Shown here in pieces: positions 48,687 through 59,175 of a DNA stretch of 64,000 bases. A model generated the notes under the pieces. It was not told the origin of the DNA and made no database searches. It saw only the letters and a program-made list of their open reading frames with translations. Within the stretch, counting starts at the first letter, position 1, and every line of letters starts with the position of its first letter. The DNA is from Patescibacteria group bacterium (lineage in GTDB: Bacteria; Patescibacteriota; Patescibacteriia; Buchananbacterales; UBA6539): assembly GCA_041662625.1 (NCBI GenBank), contig JBAZSB010000001.1, forward strand, positions 791,710-855,709, given 5' to 3'. The position numbers were made by a program, and so were the translations under genes.

Positions 48687-49211
48687 TTAACTATTGATTA
48701 ACTGCTGAATAATACTTAACCTTTCTTCCAAGGATTGCGCCATGTTCATTTCAATATATGGCAAATCAAATTCTAAAGCCAGTTTAATATGATTATCCGG
48801 AAATACCCGTTGAAATTTCGCCGCCAAGTCAAGCGGACTGATCACCCTTTTTTGATCTCCTTGGGTTCGGTCCAACACCCGTTGGATACAAGTTTCCGCA
48901 TCCAGCAGACAGAATATAACTTTAATATTAAATTTATCTTTCAAATTATTAATGCCACTCATATTTAATTCCTCCCGATTGGTGCCAATTTCCAAAATTA
49001 AATTTTTATCCATTTTACCTAAATCCTGATGCATCTCTTGATGAGCGGCCAAAGATCCTGCCGGCTCAATGTGTCCGGTTTCATCTTTATACTTTTGAAT
49101 ATAATTAAAAACATCAATAAAATCAAAGTCCGGGTATTGTTCAATAATTTTTCCAATCAAAGTTGATTTGCCGCAAGCAGACGGACCGCAAAAAACAATT
49201 AGGTTATTCAT
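48687..49211 (-). CDS. P-loop NTPase, putative nucleoside/nucleotide kinase
   Basis: 'VFCGPSACGKSTL' Walker A; size 174 aa. Confidence 0.55.
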   Translation of the reverse strand: MNNLIVFCGPSACGKSTLIGKIIEQYPDFDFIDVFNYIQKYKDETGHIEPAGSLAAHQEMHQDLGKMDKNLILEIGTNREELNMSGINNLKDKFNIKVIFCLLDAETCIQRVLDRTQGDQKRVISPLDLAAKFQRVFPDNHIKLALEFDLPYIEMNMAQSLEERLSIIQQLINS

Positions 49212-49311
49212 AATTAATAAATTTGGGTTGACAAAATCAATTCACTGTGTTATTTTAAGAAGTCACTGGCAGGATTGGTCTCAATCAGAAATCATAGAAA
49301 GGAATGGATGG

Positions 49312-50001
49312 ATGGAAACTTTTGGCAAGGTGACCAACACCTCTGTCAGACTCTTGCTCTTTGATGTAGATCGGACTCTCTATCCGAGCGATGAAGCGGG
49401 TGAAGCTTTCATTAAAGGCAGAGGGTTGACAGAGCTTGAGCAATTAGCCACTCTCTTTCGGTGGTCAACCGAGCTGATGCAAAGGGCAATTGCCCGACAT
49501 AGGGCTATAGCGGCAGACCAAGACCGGCCAATCAGCAGGACCGAGGCAGTCTATCGGCTTTTGCAGGACTGGCAAATTGATGCTGCCAAGTGGAGTCAGC
49601 GGCGGGCCGAGATTTACTGCCCGGACGGTAAAATAACCATTGTACCGGAGGTTAAGGTGGCAATGGAGCAACTCGCTCCGCACTACCAGATTTGCTTCGG
49701 GACGACTTCACCACCAGCGATGGCTCAGCGGGTTTTGGAGCTAACTGGTATTACTGAAGTGATACCACAGGCCAAGGTGTTTGGCGATGAGAGCTTCAGT
49801 CTGGAAGCCATCAAGCCCAATCCAATGTTCTTTACCCGGATTTCCCAAGCCTTCGGCTTCACACCAGACCAGGTAGTCTCGATCGGCGATCGAAAAGATC
49901 GGGACATTGACCCGGCCTTGGACGCTGGCTATGCCGGCGGAATCCTCATTACTGGGCCAGCCGAGCTACCCCAAGTGGTAGAACTGCTTAAGCGCGCCTA
50001 A
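49312..50001 (+). CDS. HAD-family hydrolase, GC-rich
   Basis: Motif I 'LLFDVDRTLY', motif IV 'SIGDRKDRDIDPALDAG'; internal ATG with RBS AGGAATGG chosen because track start would overlap the upstream gene; sigma70-like promoter TTGACA-17-TATTTT at 49228-49256. Confidence 0.65.
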   Translation: METFGKVTNTSVRLLLFDVDRTLYPSDEAGEAFIKGRGLTELEQLATLFRWSTELMQRAIARHRAIAADQDRPISRTEAVYRLLQDWQIDAAKWSQRRAEIYCPDGKITIVPEVKVAMEQLAPHYQICFGTTSPPAMAQRVLELTGITEVIPQAKVFGDESFSLEAIKPNPMFFTRISQAFGFTPDQVVSIGDRKDRDIDPALDAGYAGGILITGPAELPQVVELLKRA

Positions 50002-50006
50002 ACTGC

Positions 50007-50048
50007 AGATCACTCGGTCTTGCCACGGATCAAGTGATCTTTTTTTAT
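50007..50048 (+). terminator. rho-independent terminator after HAD gene
   Basis: AGATCACT...AGTGATCT stem + TTTTTTT. Confidence 0.7.
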
Positions 50049-50266
50049 TTTCTTAAATATTTAAACCGCGGGACAATTTTGCCACCCACTTTTACTTTTC
50101 CCAAAAACATCTTTTTCGGCCGAACCCAAAGCTTAGAAACTTTATTATTATACAAAGCTTTATAAACTACCAATTCTTCCAGAGTTTCACTGTGCTTAGC
50201 TAAACCAATCACTAAATAATTCTTTCCTTTATAATGACAATATTTTCCTAATTTTAATTTCGCCAT
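50045..50266 (-). CDS. DUF1653-family small protein
   Basis: 'YCHYKGKNYLVIGLAKHSETLEELVVYKALY...KLWVRPKKMF' matches DUF1653 pattern. Confidence 0.6.
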   Translation of the reverse strand: MAKLKLGKYCHYKGKNYLVIGLAKHSETLEELVVYKALYNNKVSKLWVRPKKMFLGKVKVGGKIVPRFKYLRK

Positions 50267-50288
50267 AACTAAAACCTTTATTAAAAAA

Positions 50289-51083
50289 TTACTTAGTTGA
50301 AACTAATGAATCAGCAATTAAACGAGCGGTCTCAATATTTTTGTTCATTTCTTCAGAATAGGTGTTAGCCAATATCTTAGCTGCGACTTTTTGATAACCC
50401 GCGCGCAAATTACAAGCAGCACCGTATTGCGCCGCTTGCTGCGCCTCCTCAGCTTTAATTATTGGATCATTTTGCATCGCGGAGGTGGAAATACTAATCT
50501 CAAAGTTTGGATAAGCTTCACTAAACGGCGTTAAAATAACTAACCGCATCATTGGCGAGCATTCCGGCGATTCATAAAGGGCAACTAACATTGATTTTTC
50601 ACTTAATTTTTTGGTAAACAAGATATCGGCGATATCCCCAACGCCCATATTGGCGGCGAATTGAGAAGTGGTCCAATTAACATCCACTGATTTTTTATTT
50701 AAGATCGAGCCTTCATATTCTTCAAAATCTTTTGAATAGAAAGCAAAGAAAAAAATCTGACCCGGGTCAAAATAATTTACACTAGTGTCAGTACCACTAC
50801 TATAAACTGTGCCAGCTAAAAAATTAACAATATTACCCTGCTTATTCAGCTGGATGGTTTGCCAATCTGCTGGGTATTTAAAACTAATACCCAAATCTTC
50901 ATTTTCATAAGTCTTCCAGCCAGTGGTTGAATCATAACCAGCTGATGGCATTGACTGAGAAGTTGAGGGTAAATTTTTGGTTTGTACTGGTACAACATGA
51001 ATTGTTGTTTGCCAAAGATAAACTCCACTGCCAATAATTAGAGCCGCTAAAATGATAATAAATAAAATGTTTTTGGCTTTCAT
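50289..51083 (-). CDS. secreted/membrane-anchored hypothetical protein
   Basis: N-terminal TM/signal helix, no recognisable motifs. Confidence 0.45.
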   Translation of the reverse strand: MKAKNILFIIILAALIIGSGVYLWQTTIHVVPVQTKNLPSTSQSMPSAGYDSTTGWKTYENEDLGISFKYPADWQTIQLNKQGNIVNFLAGTVYSSGTDTSVNYFDPGQIFFFAFYSKDFEEYEGSILNKKSVDVNWTTSQFAANMGVGDIADILFTKKLSEKSMLVALYESPECSPMMRLVILTPFSEAYPNFEISISTSAMQNDPIIKAEEAQQAAQYGAACNLRAGYQKVAAKILANTYSEEMNKNIETARLIADSLVSTK

Positions 51084-51089
51084 AATTTC

Positions 51090-51596
51090 TTAGCTATCTT
51101 TTATTAAATTAAAATCAGTTGCTTCCCTCACCCGGTTTAATAAACTGCCAAAAACTTGTTTCAAATCAGCTCCCCTAACCTGCACGGTTTTAGTTGAAAG
51201 TAATGGGCTAAATAAAAACCATTCCTGCTGATAAATTATTGGGTCAATATAAATATCAATTCCCTCAGCAAAACCAAAAGGATAAGCACAGCCGGGTTCA
51301 GCCGCAAAAGATTCTTTTAATTCCTCGGCTGTGGCCAGCCTAATAGTTTTGGCACCAACGACTTCACTTATTCGTTTGAAATTTACTTTGCAGCCCTGAA
51401 TTGTAACATAAACAATAAATTTATCATCAGCTTTTAAAACTAAGCATTTACCTTCAGTGCCGAAAAACCCGGCTTCTTTTTGGACCACTGCCAGGTCCTC
51501 ATAAGTCAAAGCTGACCGATGGCTGAAAAGTTTATAATCAGCCTGGTTACTATCCAAAAGACTAATAATTTTTTGAAATATTTCTTGTGCTTCCAT
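51090..51596 (-). CDS. YbaK/ProX-type aminoacyl-tRNA deacylase (trans-editing domain) protein
   Basis: 168 aa; 'KCLVLKADDKFIVYVTIQGCKVNFKRISEVVGA' resembles YbaK/ProX editing fold. Confidence 0.6.
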   Translation of the reverse strand: MEAQEIFQKIISLLDSNQADYKLFSHRSALTYEDLAVVQKEAGFFGTEGKCLVLKADDKFIVYVTIQGCKVNFKRISEVVGAKTIRLATAEELKESFAAEPGCAYPFGFAEGIDIYIDPIIYQQEWFLFSPLLSTKTVQVRGADLKQVFGSLLNRVREATDFNLIKDS

Positions 51597-51701
51597 TTAA
51601 ATCATTTTAGCTTTAAATTCAGTAAAAAACAATGGTGGATTTTTGCCTACCTGGTCCTTATAGAGTACAATAAACCCATAAGCCATAAGCTCCAAAACTT
51701 T

Positions 51702-53870
51702 ATGAAAAAGAAATTAATTTTAGGGCTAATCGTCCTAGTTATTATCATTGCCAGTGCGGCTTTATTTTTTATTCTGCCCAAGGGAGAGAAAACTACTGAG
51801 GCTGATCAATTTACCGACCCTCGCTATTCTACTGAACCAACCGGTATAAATTTGATTCAAACCGCTTTAGATGAAGGTAAAATTGATTTAGAAACGGCTT
51901 TGATTTACAAAGTAAAATTTTTGTTTAATGATCCGACTTTGCCCAAGGAATATTTAACGGAAAATAAGCCTTTTGAAGATGCCGGCGCTTTTGCTGAAGT
52001 TCAGGAAAACTGGGATAAACTTTCTGCCGAAACTAAAAAAACTTTGGCGCCCTATTTTTTGCGGCCGGACAATCCAGAAAGTTTTATTAGTAAAATGTTA
52101 AACGGCGAAATCCAAACACCGCAAACGGGATTTTTAAAACTGATTGATCAGACCAAGGCTTTTGACCGGCCCCTCTCTTATAAATCCGACGATACTTTGA
52201 ATACTGCTGACGGCAAAATCAAAGTCTGGTATCTGGAAAAAAAAGAAACAGTTAACGGTGAAGAAAAAATCACCAAACTTTATTATGGCCCCGCCCAAAA
52301 AATTGTGGCCAATTTAAATACTGACCAGGCTTATGCCCAATATGTCGGACTTTTGGGAAAAACTCCCCCGTCTGACGGCACTTTGGGCGGGGACGAAAAA
52401 ACTGACATTTTTTTAGGTCCAACCGGTTTTGCCCAACTTGGCTCTTCTTACGGCGTTAACGTTCCAGACAACGGCAACAGCCGAAGCAGCTTCATTATTA
52501 TTCAGGAAAATTTGGATGATAAAAATTTGAAAACCACGACTGTTCATGAACTCTTCCATGCTTTCCAGCGCGCTTTTGACTGCTGGCTTTATAAAGCCAA
52601 CTGGTGGTGGATTGAAGGCACGGCAACCTGGTCGGAAGATTTCATTTATCCAAAAGATAATACCGAGCAAGGTTATGTTGAGAAATTTATTCCCAAATCG
52701 GAATTAAGTTTATTTAAAAATGGCGACAATTTTGAATACGGCGCCTATGTTTTTCCTTTTTATCTTTCAAGAACTTATGACCGAATGGTAATTACTAAAA
52801 TCTTTGAAGGCTGTAAAGGTAATGGTGATCCACTTGTCTCTGCCGAAAAAAATATTGACGGCGGATTCAAAAAAAATTGGAAAGAGTTTACTTTATGGAA
52901 TTATAATAAAAAACCGGCTGAATTCTATAAAAATGGCGACCAAAGTAAAACTTTTACGGCTCATTCTTCAGAATCGGGTGGTAACTCAGACATGCAGTTC
53001 ATCAATGGCATAGGTGAAATGCCTTATCCAACCAAAGAGCTGGCGCCGCTGACCGCTCAGGTAATAAGCTTCAGCGTAGGAGATGATACTAATCAAATCC
53101 GGAAAATAATTTTCAAAAACCTGAAAAATTTCACCGGCAAAACCGATAAAGCGGCAATCAAAGCCGTTGTTTATCCCAAAACCGGTTCGCCTTATACCGA
53201 AGATTGGACCGACAAAGAAAGCCGAAGTTTTTGTTTTGACAAGTCTGATGAAAATATTGATAGAGTAATTTTAATCTTCAGTAATGCCGAAACTAAAAAT
53301 AAGATCGTCGCGATTGAAATCAAAGGTAGGGCTGCTGATACCTGTTTCGAAATTAACCAGGGTGAAACCATGGTTTCTAAACCGGTATTTGGCGTTGATC
53401 CAAACTATACTGGTACCGTCAAATATCAAGCCGAAGGCGAATTAGTGAAAGACTCCGTACCGGCCAAAGCGAAATACGCCTACTTGGGTAAATGGAAAGT
53501 TAAAGTCATTTACCGGGAAGATTGGCCAAGCCAAACTGTTATGTTTATCACTTCAAGTGGAATGTATTTTTCTTATGACCATTATTTGGAATTTGATTTG
53601 AGCGCCGAATCAGTCGAAAAAGACGGCACTTTTGAAGCAATAACCAAAGAAGGTAAATTTGAAACCCCGGGTTGGACTGTTACTAATCAAATTTCCGGCG
53701 AGAGTGTAACTATTCCCGAGAATACCACTCCTTGGGATGTTCCTAAAAAAGGCGTGATTTCGGAAATGACAGAAGACGGCTGTAAAATCAGTTTGCCGGA
53801 TTTTGTCTTGTACAATTCTGGCGGCTACCGCGACTTGCCTCACCCGATTATCTTTGAAATTAAAAAATAG
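51702..53870 (+). CDS. secreted protein with HExxH zinc-metallopeptidase motif
   Basis: Signal/TM 'MKKKLILGLIVLVIIIASAALFFI'; 'TVHELFHAFQRAFD' HExxH; internal Met chosen over upstream track start that overlaps opposite-strand gene. Confidence 0.5.
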   Translation: MKKKLILGLIVLVIIIASAALFFILPKGEKTTEADQFTDPRYSTEPTGINLIQTALDEGKIDLETALIYKVKFLFNDPTLPKEYLTENKPFEDAGAFAEVQENWDKLSAETKKTLAPYFLRPDNPESFISKMLNGEIQTPQTGFLKLIDQTKAFDRPLSYKSDDTLNTADGKIKVWYLEKKETVNGEEKITKLYYGPAQKIVANLNTDQAYAQYVGLLGKTPPSDGTLGGDEKTDIFLGPTGFAQLGSSYGVNVPDNGNSRSSFIIIQENLDDKNLKTTTVHELFHAFQRAFDCWLYKANWWWIEGTATWSEDFIYPKDNTEQGYVEKFIPKSELSLFKNGDNFEYGAYVFPFYLSRTYDRMVITKIFEGCKGNGDPLVSAEKNIDGGFKKNWKEFTLWNYNKKPAEFYKNGDQSKTFTAHSSESGGNSDMQFINGIGEMPYPTKELAPLTAQVISFSVGDDTNQIRKIIFKNLKNFTGKTDKAAIKAVVYPKTGSPYTEDWTDKESRSFCFDKSDENIDRVILIFSNAETKNKIVAIEIKGRAADTCFEINQGETMVSKPVFGVDPNYTGTVKYQAEGELVKDSVPAKAKYAYLGKWKVKVIYREDWPSQTVMFITSSGMYFSYDHYLEFDLSAESVEKDGTFEAITKEGKFETPGWTVTNQISGESVTIPENTTPWDVPKKGVISEMTEDGCKISLPDFVLYNSGGYRDLPHPIIFEIKK

Positions 53871-53930
53871 CTAAAAATAGATTAAATAATTATCCTTGAC
53901 AGTTTCAAAAATAAAACTACTATTAAAAAT

Positions 53931-54404
53931 ATGAAGCAAAAAAAACAATACTTGATCAAAGATTACATGTCCGATCACGGCGGTGTTATTATTCAGGAAT
54001 CGGCTGATTTTCACCAAGCCGTTAATTTAATGATCAAGAAAAAAACTAATGGTTTGGTTGTCGTTGATGAAAAAAATAAAGTAACTGGTATTCTCTCCAG
54101 CTGGGACCTTATCAGACAAGTAGTCCCCAACTATCTTGAAGGCGAAGAAAATCTTTCCTCCTTTGAAGATGCCGACATTTTTAGCCAACGGATTAATGAA
54201 GTCAAAAATCTGCCAATCAAAAAATTCATGACTAAAAATGTCCATGCGGTTCATCCTGAAGGTACTCTAATGGAAGCCTCAACACTTTTAGCCAAACATG
54301 GCATCCGCCAACTGCCGGTGACTGACCAGAATGGAACTTTGGTTGGTTATCTCAATCGGACCGACATCAAACGGGCAATTGGTGACATCCTTAATTTAAA
54401 TTAA
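53931..54404 (+). CDS. CBS-domain pair protein
   Basis: Two CBS motifs ('GLVVVDEKNKVTGILSSWDL', 'RQLPVTDQNGTLVGYLNRTDI'). Confidence 0.8.
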   Translation: MKQKKQYLIKDYMSDHGGVIIQESADFHQAVNLMIKKKTNGLVVVDEKNKVTGILSSWDLIRQVVPNYLEGEENLSSFEDADIFSQRINEVKNLPIKKFMTKNVHAVHPEGTLMEASTLLAKHGIRQLPVTDQNGTLVGYLNRTDIKRAIGDILNLN

Positions 54405-54423
54405 TAAACCCAAAAACAAAAAT

Positions 54424-55689
54424 ATGTTTTTAGCTGTTATTATTATTTTCATTTTCGCCTACGGCTTAATTATTTCGGAAAAAATTCATCGCACGGTTGT
54501 GGCTTTGACTGGTGCGATTTTATTAATTTTGATTGGGGTTATCACTCAAGAAGAGGCGGTGGCTGGGGTTGATTTCAATACTTTGGGACTTTTAATCGGG
54601 ATGATGATTATTGTTGGCATTGCCAAAAATTCAGGCATGTTTCAATATGTGGCAATTTGGGCTTCCAAAATGGGCCGGGGCAAACCAATTCCGATTTTTT
54701 TGCTGCTTGGTTTGATTACAGCCGTGTTCTCCGCTTTTTTGGACAATGTCACTACGGTTCTTTTGATGATTCCCGTGGTTTTTGTGGTGGCTAATAATCT
54801 TAAACTTAATCCTAAGCCTTTTTTAATTTCGGCTATTTTACTTTCCAATGTCGGTGGAACCGCCACTCTAATTGGTGACCCGCCGAACATTTTGATCGGT
54901 AGCGCCGCCAAAATTAATTTTAATGAATTTATAGTCAACATGGGTCCGATTTCTTTAATAATCACCTTTTTGACTTTAGGCCTGCTTTATTTTTGGTACC
55001 GAAAAAAATTGGTTGCAACGCCCGCGGCTCAAGCTAAAATTATGAAATTTAAACCGGCCGAAGCCATTACTGACAAAAAGTTGCTGATTAAATCGCTTTT
55101 GGTTTTAGGTATAGTTTTATTTGGTTTTTTCACCCATAGCTTCACTCATTTTGAAGCGGCAACGATTGCTTTAACTGGCGCCGCCTTGCTTTTAATTTTG
55201 ACGATGACTGACCCAGAAAGCCATCTTAAAGAAGTGGAATGGACAACAATTTTTTTCTTTATCGGTTTATTCATCTTAGTCACTGGATTGGTAAAAGTTG
55301 GTGCGATCAGAATTTTGGCCGAACAACTTTTAAATTTAACCGGCGGTAATTTGACCACTACCACCATGGCGATTCTTTGGGGTTCGGCTTTTTTCTCGGC
55401 CGTGATAGACAATATTCCTTTTGTCACTACAATGATTCCGCTGATTAAAGACATTGGTGCAATATCTGGCATCAACTTGACGCCGCTTTGGTGGGCTTTG
55501 GTAATCGGAGCTGATATCGGCGGCAATGCTACAATTGTTGGCGCTTCGGCCAATGTAGTGGTTTCCGGCATCGCTAAACGCGAGGGCCATGAAATCAAAT
55601 TTTTGGAATATTTAAAAATTGCCGTTCCTATTACTTTTGCCGGCTTAATTTTGGCTACCGGTTATATTTGGTTCCGCTATCTTGCCTAA
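54424..55689 (+). CDS. ArsB/NhaD-family permease (IT superfamily)
   Basis: 'LIGDPPNILIGSAAKI', 'ADIGGNATIVGASANVVVSGIAKREG' duplicated-half motifs; 10-12 TM helices. Confidence 0.7.
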   Translation: MFLAVIIIFIFAYGLIISEKIHRTVVALTGAILLILIGVITQEEAVAGVDFNTLGLLIGMMIIVGIAKNSGMFQYVAIWASKMGRGKPIPIFLLLGLITAVFSAFLDNVTTVLLMIPVVFVVANNLKLNPKPFLISAILLSNVGGTATLIGDPPNILIGSAAKINFNEFIVNMGPISLIITFLTLGLLYFWYRKKLVATPAAQAKIMKFKPAEAITDKKLLIKSLLVLGIVLFGFFTHSFTHFEAATIALTGAALLLILTMTDPESHLKEVEWTTIFFFIGLFILVTGLVKVGAIRILAEQLLNLTGGNLTTTTMAILWGSAFFSAVIDNIPFVTTMIPLIKDIGAISGINLTPLWWALVIGADIGGNATIVGASANVVVSGIAKREGHEIKFLEYLKIAVPITFAGLILATGYIWFRYLA

Positions 55690-55711
55690 AGTAAAATAAA
55701 TAACCAATTTG

Positions 55712-55752
55712 AAAATTCCGCGGGGTAAGTCGCCCCGCGGAATTTATTTTTA
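55712..55752. terminator. bidirectional rho-independent terminator (12-bp GC-rich stem AATTCCGCGGGG/CCCCGCGGAATT)
   Basis: Perfect IR with A/T runs on both sides; sits between convergent permease and rubrerythrin genes. Confidence 0.85.
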
Positions 55753-55767
55753 ATGCATTATTCTAGT

Positions 55768-56343
55768 TTACCGCACCACCTTCAATGCCATGTAATAGCC
55801 TTGCGGTTTTTGGCAAAGCGGACATTTATCCGGCGCGCTTGTGCCTTTATGAATATAGCCGCAGTTCAAACACTTCCATTCAATTTCCTCGTCACTTTTA
55901 AATAATTTTTTCTGTTCCAACCGATCACCTAAAATCTTGTAGCGCTCAGCATGCTTTTCTTCAACTTCACTAATTTCTTTAAATAAATCAGCAATATCTT
56001 TCTCCCCTTCTTCGCGGGCCACTTTTTCAAAATCCGGGTACATCGTGCCAAATTCATATTCTTCTCCCGCCTGGGCATTACGCAGATTCTCCAAAGTTTT
56101 TCCCAATGGATGAATGCCATAAGTATTGGTCATTTCTACCGGCGCTTTTAATTTCTCCAGTTCTTCCTGAGCATGCGCCCGCTCATTATCCGCGGTTTCT
56201 TCAAAGACTTTGGCAATCCAGACTAAGCCCTCTTTCATCGCGATTTCGGCAAAATAGGTGTACTTATTGCGCGCCATTGATTCGCCGGCAATGGCTTTGA
56301 GCAAATTTTCATGAGTTTTTTTAGTCATATTTTCTCCTTTCAT
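55768..56343 (-). CDS. rbr: rubrerythrin
   Basis: Ferritin-like diiron E..H motifs plus C-terminal rubredoxin-like 'CLNCGYIHKG...CPLCQ'. Confidence 0.9.
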   Translation of the reverse strand: MKGENMTKKTHENLLKAIAGESMARNKYTYFAEIAMKEGLVWIAKVFEETADNERAHAQEELEKLKAPVEMTNTYGIHPLGKTLENLRNAQAGEEYEFGTMYPDFEKVAREEGEKDIADLFKEISEVEEKHAERYKILGDRLEQKKLFKSDEEIEWKCLNCGYIHKGTSAPDKCPLCQKPQGYYMALKVVR

Positions 56344-56371
56344 TTAAATTATCTTAAAATAATTATTAAAA

Positions 56372-57616
56372 TTAATTTCGCCTAACCTTAATTTTAATAC
56401 TTTTTGGCGTCATCATCAAAAGAATCAGGGAAACTAACACGCCAGTAGCACCAAGAATAGAAAAAGTAATTTGATGACCAAAATATTGGCCAAAAATCCC
56501 GGCCATAATCGGCCCAACGACATAACCAATATTAACAAAAGAATCCTGCAAGGTTTCAATTTCAGTCGCCACCTGCGGCGCTTCAGCAATATAATCAGCA
56601 TAAGCGCCTTGAATTGCCGGCCAAGCTAAGGCGAGAAAAAAAGAAGCGACAAAACTAATTAAAATCAAAATTAATGGATTACTAACTAAAAACAAACTAG
56701 ACAGGATCAAGGAACCGATCATTAAAGAAATAAAAGCGGTTTTTTTCTGGCCAAATCGAGCGGTAATTGAACCAATAAACCAACCAATAAATAAAGGCGG
56801 TAAACCATAGGCGACCATAAATAAACTGCCAAAACCGCTATGAGCAAAAAGACTTTCGGAAAACAATGGCCCAATCGTCCAAAAAAATGAATCATTAATA
56901 TTCAAAACGAAAGTTAGAATTAAAACTGGTAAAATTAATTTGCCAATTTTTTTCCAAAGCCGGTATTCCCTGAAAAAATTCAAGGATTGAAAATTCGTCT
57001 TTTGGTTATAACTTTTTGTCTTTTGAGTAAAAATTAAAAGTAAAAAATAAAAAACAAAAGCCAGACCCAAAAAAATCAAAGCCATCACAAATGGTTTAAA
57101 ATTAACCACCTCCCCAATTAAAAATCCGGCAATCAGCGGGGCCATTAAATACCCCAGTGAAATAAAAACCTGCATCACACCAAAACCAGTTGAACGTTCA
57201 CCATTATTTGGCACCCGACTAACAAAATCAAAGTTACCAATGTGATACAAATCATAATATAGCCCCCAAATTGCCATCGCCAGCAAATAAAGCCAGATGG
57301 TTTTGGCTTGCCATAAAACTAAAGGAAAGGTCACTGAAACCGCCAGCATCAAAAAATAAAGCCGGCGAAAATTGACATTAACTAAAAATCGGCACAATAA
57401 AAAATCAAATAGGGCACCAGCAATCGAAGAAGAACCAATAATTATCCCCATCCAAGTTTCTGAAATTCCTATTTCGGTAATACTGACAGGCAAAATAAAT
57501 GATAGAATTCCGTCGCTGATTGCCCAGAAAAAAATCATGATTGAAGCCAAATACAAAGAATGCTGCTTTAAACCATTGGTTTTAAAACTTTTGTAGAGAT
57601 AACTAATATTGGGCAT
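56372..57616 (-). CDS. MFS transporter
   Basis: 12 TM helices, 414 aa. Confidence 0.7.
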   Translation of the reverse strand: MPNISYLYKSFKTNGLKQHSLYLASIMIFFWAISDGILSFILPVSITEIGISETWMGIIIGSSSIAGALFDFLLCRFLVNVNFRRLYFLMLAVSVTFPLVLWQAKTIWLYLLAMAIWGLYYDLYHIGNFDFVSRVPNNGERSTGFGVMQVFISLGYLMAPLIAGFLIGEVVNFKPFVMALIFLGLAFVFYFLLLIFTQKTKSYNQKTNFQSLNFFREYRLWKKIGKLILPVLILTFVLNINDSFFWTIGPLFSESLFAHSGFGSLFMVAYGLPPLFIGWFIGSITARFGQKKTAFISLMIGSLILSSLFLVSNPLILILISFVASFFLALAWPAIQGAYADYIAEAPQVATEIETLQDSFVNIGYVVGPIMAGIFGQYFGHQITFSILGATGVLVSLILLMMTPKSIKIKVRRN

Positions 57617-57632
57617 GTTTTCTATTTAATAT

Positions 57633-58367
57633 TTATTTGCTAAATTCAAAAGTTTGAGCGATTTTTTCCAAAATTCCGGAAAATTTGGCTTTATCAAATT
57701 CTACCACTGTCCCCGGCGTATAATTATAGATATTGCCCGAATGCAATACCTCAACAATTTCATAGCAGCTATTATTTTTAATTACACGGTAAATTGTCGA
57801 TTCGTACAAATTGCCCGCGCCGATTCCGGTCGAAGAAAATTTGTGGAATTGCACGCCGTTGATCACTGCCAAACCTAAATCTTTTTCATCATTATATGTA
57901 TCAGCTTGATTGCACTTGTTCAAAGTTTCAGTATCGGAACCGCTACCAACCACCACAACAGCTTCACCCAAGTTAGTGCCCGCAAAAAAATTTTGGTCTA
58001 ACAAAACTGCAACAAGCGGATTTTTAGTCACGCTTAAATACCCTGCAAAACTTTGTTTCTCGATTTTTGAACCTTCAGGATACCAAAGCTGAAAGCCAAA
58101 CTCCTGGTCATCATAAAGCAAGGAATTTACGCCAGAAATAATTACTGGCGGCTGATTTTGGATTTGCTCAACAAAATTTCGGCCATCCGGCGTCCGGCAT
58201 TGCCTTGGATAGCTTTCCATGACTGGATAACCGGCGGCCTCGCAATCGGTAAAGTTTTGAATGTTTTTTTGTGGTACTGATAAATTGGTAAAAACAAAAT
58301 AGCCAATCACCACTATAGCAATTAGTATTAATACCAATAAAATTACTAAAATATTTTTATTTTTCAT
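57633..58367 (-). CDS. secreted/membrane-anchored hypothetical protein
   Basis: N-terminal TM helix 'ILVILLVLILIAIVVIGYFVF'. Confidence 0.45.
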   Translation of the reverse strand: MKNKNILVILLVLILIAIVVIGYFVFTNLSVPQKNIQNFTDCEAAGYPVMESYPRQCRTPDGRNFVEQIQNQPPVIISGVNSLLYDDQEFGFQLWYPEGSKIEKQSFAGYLSVTKNPLVAVLLDQNFFAGTNLGEAVVVVGSGSDTETLNKCNQADTYNDEKDLGLAVINGVQFHKFSSTGIGAGNLYESTIYRVIKNNSCYEIVEVLHSGNIYNYTPGTVVEFDKAKFSGILEKIAQTFEFSK

Positions 58368-58377
58368 ATTTTTTCAT

Positions 58378-59160
58378 TTATTTTGCCCGATAAACCCATT
58401 TTTCTCCCGGACCTTCGTGCTCAAATCCTAATTGATTGAGCATCTCTTCGCCTAGCATATCTCCGCGAAACAAATCACACTGTAATACCACCTGATGCTT
58501 CAACAAATATTGAAGTAAATCCTGGGCATGCCCCTCTTTTCTTTTATCATCAGCGGTGTAGATATAATCAAGGTATAAAATATGATCGGGTCGTTGATGG
58601 GCAACAGCCACTGATGCTAATTTGTTACCGTCAGTCCGTAGAGTAAAAACTGCTCCTTCCTTAAAACATCTAGACAACCAGTCTCTATTTTTTGCTAAGG
58701 CAGGAACTAAAGAAGTAACTTCATCCAGGGTCAGCTCAGTGGCCATTTCAAATTTACCGGCCTCAGTTTCCAAAATCGCCCTGGGATCCCCTAACTCCTT
58801 TAAAGTATCAATGGCTTCTTGAGAAGATGCTGGGTTATGGGCAAATTGAAAAAGAATCCAATCAATAGTATGGATATCTCTGGCGTACTTGGGATCCTGT
58901 CTTAATTCCAAAAGTAATTCAATGGTTTCTGGTTGGGGAAACTCTTTCATTAAATTAATGGCGGCACCAAAAAATTCTGGCCTAGCAGAAATCAATAGCT
59001 CAAACGCTTCCCTCGGTGGCAGCTGCTTTAGAGCATTAATATGTTTTTGATCTAAATAGGGACGTTCGGAAAAATACTGAGCAATTTCCTCTCGGCTAAT
59101 TTCAGAATCACCATTTCCCTCTGACTGCCCTGGTATAATTTTAGATTCTGTTTCTTGCAT
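58378..59160 (-). CDS. protein with C-terminal GNAT acetyltransferase-like domain
   Basis: C-terminal 'LYLDYIYTADDKRKEGHAQDLLQYLLKH...LFRGDMLGEEMLNQLGFE' resembles GNAT motifs A/B; N-terminal 150 aa unassigned. Confidence 0.45.
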   Translation of the reverse strand: MQETESKIIPGQSEGNGDSEISREEIAQYFSERPYLDQKHINALKQLPPREAFELLISARPEFFGAAINLMKEFPQPETIELLLELRQDPKYARDIHTIDWILFQFAHNPASSQEAIDTLKELGDPRAILETEAGKFEMATELTLDEVTSLVPALAKNRDWLSRCFKEGAVFTLRTDGNKLASVAVAHQRPDHILYLDYIYTADDKRKEGHAQDLLQYLLKHQVVLQCDLFRGDMLGEEMLNQLGFEHEGPGEKWVYRAK

Positions 59161-59175
59161 ATTAATCTATAATCT